The notes under the pieces: generated by a model
The model's input: only the letters and a program-made list of their open reading frames with translations
What the model was told of the DNA's origin: nothing
Database searches by the model: none
Origin: Callorhinchus milii
Lineage: Eukaryota
DNA: 64,000 nucleotides
Assembly (NCBI RefSeq): GCF_018977255.1
Contig: NW_024704742.1
Location: 120,096,001 to 120,160,000 of the forward strand
Direction: 5' to 3'
In this document: positions 61,927-64,000 of the stretch, one piece after another
Layout of the letters: each line of letters opens with the position of its first letter
Numbering within the stretch: the stretch's first letter is position 1
Position numbers and translations under genes: made by a program

Positions 61927-63960
61927 TGGATGTTAGTTCATTCAAGCAATAAACACAGTCACACAGTTCAATCACTAAGAGTACATTTATTCAACTAACT
62001 CAGGACCAGTCAGTTCAGTCTGGTACAGAGTTAGGGTCGTAGCTTCACCAAGCTGACGACCCCGTTGTGGGATTCAACAATGGCATTTATACAAGTATGG
62101 GGAGGATCCTTCTCCTCCAATCGTTAGATTTGGTCATAGGTGACAATGTGGTCGAGATATAGGATGTGTATTGGGCAACTATCCATTGTCTCATACTCCA
62201 AGGCTGCGGTTAGTCTGCGCATATATCTGTTGATTCGGGCTTACTTCCTTCATGGAAACAGTCGTAACTGGTTCCATGCAGTTGAGCTGTACGTTTCTAA
62301 AATCAGATAACACAGCCTGCCAAGCTTCTCATTGCAGGGTTTACTAAAGGTTATAACTTTGTGCCTTTTTATCCATCAGAAGGTGGACGGGGTGGTAAAG
62401 GAGGAGGTCAGGGAAGAGGTGAGGAATAGAAATAAAAAATGTATACTTAAGTCTGTGGAAGATTTGAAAGCCGGCACGCTGAAATGACGTCACACGATGT
62501 TTGGGCCATTGGTCCAAGTGGGAGATTTCGAAATGGTGTCTCCAAGCCTGGAACCTCCTCACCTGGAACACTGAACCCTCGGCCCCTCGCTGGTCACTGC
62601 CTGTTGGCTCACTCCCACCGTCACATTTCCCCTCTTGGTAGATTGTAATCATAGCAAGCAAGCCATCAACCAGATGATATCCCATTTTCCCCTAAAATGA
62701 GGTAGGAAATAATAGCCACATATACTCTTGATCTCTACTACCAAGATCCATAGCCACTTGCTGAATCTTGCTTTCCTGTCCTTAAGGTAGATTTAGCCAT
62801 AGGCAATTGAACACAGACTGATGATCATCCTTCTCAGACTGGAATCAAGAAAATAGTCGCTTGAGTTGGTTTGGGGCCACTGTGACTGCCATCTGTTTAT
62901 GTTTGAATTTGAATAACAATGTCAGGAATGTCAACAACAACAAATTATATTTATATAGCGCCTTTCAAATCGGGAGGACATCGCAAGGTGCTGGAGAATC
63001 AGGGATTGGACCCAAGCAGGGGGTTGGGATCAGGGTGGAGTGGAGGGCAGGGAGGCTAAAGGTAAGAAGGGTATTGAGACATGCCTTGAAGGAGGCAAAG
63101 GAGGAAGCAAGGCTAAGGGACTGTGGGGGCAGAGAGACTGAAGGCCTGACCACTGATGGTGGGGCTGGCAGGGGGTGTGGAGCAGACAGGAGTCTGCTGA
63201 GCGGAGGGAGTGGACAGATCGATGTGGAGTTAGCAGATCATAAAGGTAGGGAGGAGCAAGGCCGTGGGGGCTTTGAAGGTGAGAACAAGGATTTTGAACT
63301 CAATCTTGGGGGAGCGGGAGCCAGTGGAGCCGGGCAGGGGTGGTAATGGGGTCACAGAGCCTGGTGCGGGAAAGGACACGAGCTGCAGAGTTAGAAAATG
63401 AATGAATGTGTAATAACATCGCCTCCTGCATTGCCTGATACCATAGCTGGTTAAAAACTTGTCTTTGGTACTTGTTCACTGTTCTACACTGTAACAGGTT
63501 TAGCTGGTCCTGTTCTGGGTAGTGATGCCAGCAGTTGTGTCTTCCTCTTTCTTGTCTCCAAACACTATCGAGACTGGCTTTTTACAGATAATTATATATC
63601 CTGTACTTCATGCAGTTAGTCGCATAAGCCACCCCGACTTTCATCACCTGGTCACCCTTAACTACAGCTAGAACATTCTATACTATCTCAATTCCGCTTA
63701 TCAATCACACACAGCCTAATCTTACTCAACCTTACTTCTTGTTTTTCCTGCCCTCACGTGACTATGTTGGTCAGTTTCACTGACCAGTTCTGCAATCTAC
63801 ACAATCATCTTGATATTGCAACTAACATCTTTTGATATTCAAGCAGTTATCTTCCTTAGGCAATATCACACGATGAAGCAATGACATGAGTTGTTTTAAT
63901 CACTACACTCGCGCAACACAACATTCTGTTAATATAACTACATAATATATATATTTCTCA
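61927..63960 (-). mobile_element. Long solo LTR-like element (about 1.57 kb excluding a nested L2 piece)
   Basis: TG...CA ends, 5-bp TSD GCAAT (61922-61926 and 63961-63965), TATAAA near 62085-62090, AATAAA at 61986-61991; AT-rich start resembles the ERV-B LTR start. Confidence 0.75.
62931..63393 (-). mobile_element. Diverged L2 3' fragment
   Basis: (AAC)n tail, stem-loop remnant, SFKACLNTLL; ends at [12 protein letters not shown]. Confidence 0.8.
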
Positions 63961-64000
63961 GCAATGCTGGGCATGCGATCCTTCGGCAGCCTATCAGTAT

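Overview
Eukaryotic, almost entirely transposon-derived 64 kb with no recognisable host gene. The repeat set (CR1 LINEs with (ATAAGAAC)n tails, single-ORF L2 LINEs with (AAC)n tails, a tRNA-headed Deu-type SINE, Penelope-like elements) points to a cartilaginous fish, possibly a chimaera (inference). It is a nest of insertions: a young L2 family in about 8 copies, older L2 relatives, 4-5 CR1 pieces (two near full length), at least three decayed endogenous retroviruses, probable solo LTRs, two Penelope-like families, SINEs, a hAT-like fragment and two minisatellites. Almost all LINE and ERV copies lie on the minus strand. The most unusual items are: (1) a 6.7 kb provirus (5668-12360) inserted just after the YVDD codons of another ERV, with a perfect 65-bp inverted copy of its own U3 end in place of a 3' LTR; (2) an in-frame UGA gag-pro junction in both ERVs; (3) a Penelope-like family with an upstream SGNH-esterase ORF and a hammerhead-like motif; (4) a roughly 1.6 kb solo LTR with a long U3 that splits an unidentified ORF; (5) strand bias reminiscent of a uni-strand piRNA cluster. 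All calls were made by eye from motifs. No database search was run and boundaries are approximate unless a junction is quoted.
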